A stretch of 64,000 nt of DNA from Verrucomicrobiota bacterium (GTDB taxonomy: Bacteria > Verrucomicrobiota > Verrucomicrobiia > Limisphaerales > DSYF01), in assembly GCA_025457615.1 (NCBI GenBank), contig JALOTZ010000019.1:3100-67099 (forward strand), read 5' to 3'. Position 1 is the stretch's first letter; the number at the start of each line of letters is the position of its first letter. The notes under the pieces are model-generated. The model saw nothing but the letters and a program-made list of their open reading frames with translations. It did not search any database and was not told the origin of the DNA. Below are positions 61,817 to 64,000 of the stretch, piece after piece. A program made the position numbers and the translations under genes.

Positions 61817-63836
61817 GCGCCCCCCTTGCTTCCACATTGCCCTGCCCTTCGACACTCGTCGCAGGCGGCACCGGATCTTCGACGTGATCAAACTGGTGAT
61901 GCGACCAGGTGACTGTGAAATGGAACAAATCCAATCCCGCAGCCAACTCCAGCTCCGCCGCACGCGCCTTGGCCAGCGTAGATCGCCACAGTTCATGCGC
62001 CGTGTTCTTATCCCCCCGTGCCTTGGCCGCGAGCGCTCGCGCCAACTCTGTGCAGATGGTTAGATAACGCTCCAAATGTCCCCACGAATCGGCCTGGACC
62101 GGCTGGCCCAACTTCCGGTTCCGCCGCACCGTCTCCATGTGCTCGTTCACCAAAACCGGAACGGATTCCAGCAACGCCGCCGCCGACTCCGCAGATCGTT
62201 GGGCATCGCCGTTCAGTCGCTCGGGGTCAAAACGCCGCGTCAATTCATGCAGCAGTTTCGCCGCACTTTCCCAATCCGGTCCAAACTCCGCCGACAACGC
62301 CTCGCGCGCGATTCGCTCCAGCGGTTCCGCGGGATTCCACAAGCTGCGCCCCAGCACCGTCATCGGCAGGCTGGAGGGCGCAAAGAGCCGCTGCACTTGA
62401 CAGCTCATAAAACCATTCAGGCCATGAACCTGGAGACACCCCGCATCTTCGTGCAACACTTGGGCAATCTGGCCATGACCAGGATCCTTGAAGTGCGCCC
62501 ACATGAGGTGATAATCGAAATCAAACGTGTCCAGTTCCGGAAATAACCGCCGCCAGGCCTGCAGGAACGCCAGGTTCTCCCGCACGTCGCGCGGCATCAC
62601 CAGCGCGTTGCGCTGGTATGCAGGCAACTCCCGTGTGGGCGCATCGGCCTTGGCTGGAAAAGGCTTGCTCCAAGTGCGCGTGATCGGCGCGAACATCAGC
62701 GCGAAGCGCGAGGGATTCTGGATGCGCTCGCGTTCCGGCGGCCACAGCAGGTCCAGATAGCAGAGCAGCACGATCCGCGTCGCCAGATGACGGGCCGCCA
62801 GCTCGCGGTCCAGATCATTGAGCATCATGACATAAAAATCGGCCGGTCGCGTGCCGGCACAGCGCGGGCATTCGCACTGGTTGTTCATGTCATCGGCCAA
62901 CCAAAAGTGCAGGTAGTCCACCTCGGGATGCGCCGCGGCGTAGCGCACGATCTCGGCCACGATCTTGCGGCGCGCCTCGGGATGGCCGTAGCACAGGTTG
63001 GTGTTGAGCGAAATCCGGTTGAAGAAATCCCGCGTGCCCTTGATTTCGGCCAACAGCTCGCGGTTCTCCGGACGGATGGCGTGATCCGCCGGAATCCAAG
63101 ACAAACTCGGCACGCCCACCGCCTCGCAGGTCCAGCCGTGCCCCACCGCGTGATAGAGCAGTCCGCGCTGTTTGACGGCGTCCACCGCCTCGGCTTTGAA
63201 TCGGCGCGCCAGTTCCAGGTCAAATGGTTCGGGCGCAAGCGTGGGATTGCCCAGGTGCCGATACCAGCGTTCGTAAAAAGCGTAGGCTTCGCGGAATTGA
63301 ATGAAATAGCTGTTCAGCCCCACACGAGGCAGCCAGTCAATCAGGTCCAGCACATGCTCGCGGCTCGGCGCACCCTCGATGCACACCCCCCGATGCCGGT
63401 TCACAGCCACTTCGCAGAGGGCAACGCGACAGCGTGAATATTCGGCGGCCGACAGTTGCGGAACCATTTCGCCCGCAGTCCCCGGCCGCACCCAGCGGCA
63501 GCCCGATTCCTGCAAGAAGCGATAGACGCCGAACAGCACCGACCGCCCATTGGTTCCCGCAATGAAGCCACGTCCGTCATGCACTTGGATCTCGTAGGCG
63601 TCGTCCCGTTCCGCATCCGGCACCGCCGGCAGGCGCGTCCGCGTCGTGTCCCGTGCCAGGCACAATTCGATGTTCCCGGCCCATTCGTCACCGGCCGGGA
63701 CCATGCGCCCGAGGTAACGTCGCAGTTCAGCCCGCGCGAACGCCAAAGGCGGCGACTTCGCCTCGGCGGCCCGGGCGGGCGCGTCGCCTTCGCCATGGCA
63801 GCACGGAGCCTGTCTGGAGGTCGCGTCCAGAATCAT
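61809..63836 (-). CDS. DUF4838-like protein without clear signal peptide
   Basis: GTNGRSVLFGVYRFL..GCRWVRPG, HRGVCIEG, VGHGW, WLADD..CECPRC, FDFDYH. Confidence 0.75.
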   Translation of the reverse strand: MILDATSRQAPCCHGEGDAPARAAEAKSPPLAFARAELRRYLGRMVPAGDEWAGNIELCLARDTTRTRLPAVPDAERDDAYEIQVHDGRGFIAGTNGRSVLFGVYRFLQESGCRWVRPGTAGEMVPQLSAAEYSRCRVALCEVAVNRHRGVCIEGAPSREHVLDLIDWLPRVGLNSYFIQFREAYAFYERWYRHLGNPTLAPEPFDLELARRFKAEAVDAVKQRGLLYHAVGHGWTCEAVGVPSLSWIPADHAIRPENRELLAEIKGTRDFFNRISLNTNLCYGHPEARRKIVAEIVRYAAAHPEVDYLHFWLADDMNNQCECPRCAGTRPADFYVMMLNDLDRELAARHLATRIVLLCYLDLLWPPERERIQNPSRFALMFAPITRTWSKPFPAKADAPTRELPAYQRNALVMPRDVRENLAFLQAWRRLFPELDTFDFDYHLMWAHFKDPGHGQIAQVLHEDAGCLQVHGLNGFMSCQVQRLFAPSSLPMTVLGRSLWNPAEPLERIAREALSAEFGPDWESAAKLLHELTRRFDPERLNGDAQRSAESAAALLESVPVLVNEHMETVRRNRKLGQPVQADSWGHLERYLTICTELARALAAKARGDKNTAHELWRSTLAKARAAELELAAGLDLFHFTVTWSHHQFDHVEDPVPPATSVEGQGNVEARGAHE

Positions 63837-64000
63837 GCGCAGCCTCGGCGTTCGGGCGGACGCACTCCGACATCCGCCACATCAATCGGCTGGAACCCCA
63901 GGGCCAGCGCCGGGCTGTCCGGCAGGAGCGTGAAGTCGCGCCCGGCATAGTCGGCGAAGCGCGGATCGGCGACGACCGAATGGCGCTCCAGCCCGGCCGC
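63833..64000 (-). CDS. C-terminal end of a probable right-handed beta-helix protein (partial)
   Basis: GLERHSVVADPRFADYAGRDFTLLPDSPALALGFQPID..VGVR tail typical of such proteins; stop overlaps the next ATG. Confidence 0.7.
   Translation of the reverse strand, partial: AAGLERHSVVADPRFADYAGRDFTLLPDSPALALGFQPIDVADVGVRPPERRGCA

Noticed and set aside
38002-61912. Several 600-780 aa plus-strand ORFs
   Set aside because: All are antisense to recognisable minus-strand genes and lack domain motifs

Overview
High-GC bacterial chromosomal segment; the secreted-protein style and gene set suggest Verrucomicrobiota (inference). Family assignments come from motifs and recalled family sequences, not database searches. 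Left to right: (1) divergent ppdK and metH, with a palindromic operator before metH. (2) A ~4.8 kb mosaic at 7.4-12.1 kb: gene fragments (Tat-HIRAN-like stub, collapsed RHS locus with a candidate toxin-immunity pair, truncated PD-(D/E)XK nuclease) around an intact DNA methyltransferase-Mrr fusion. (3) A tightly packed run of BFN nuclease, holA, STAS and RsbU-like phosphatase, continuing into a KS/CLF/ACP/flavin-halogenase/lipoate-ligase-like mini-cluster. (4) An S8-like protease, a thioredoxin, pyrC, tRNA-Gly(TCC), uvsE and a YbjT-like protein. (5) A >36 kb all-minus-strand carbohydrate locus running off the right edge. It encodes a kinase-free sugar-acid enzyme set, three URO-D/MtaA-fold proteins, two DUF4838-like proteins, unusual MFS transporters and a decayed CYP236A-like P450. 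The best candidates for undescribed systems are a possible O-methyl-sugar demethylation/catabolism locus whose aldolase carries a microcompartment-targeting-like tail, and the halogenase-bearing KS/CLF mini-cluster. No CRISPR array, rRNA or intact transposase/integrase was seen.
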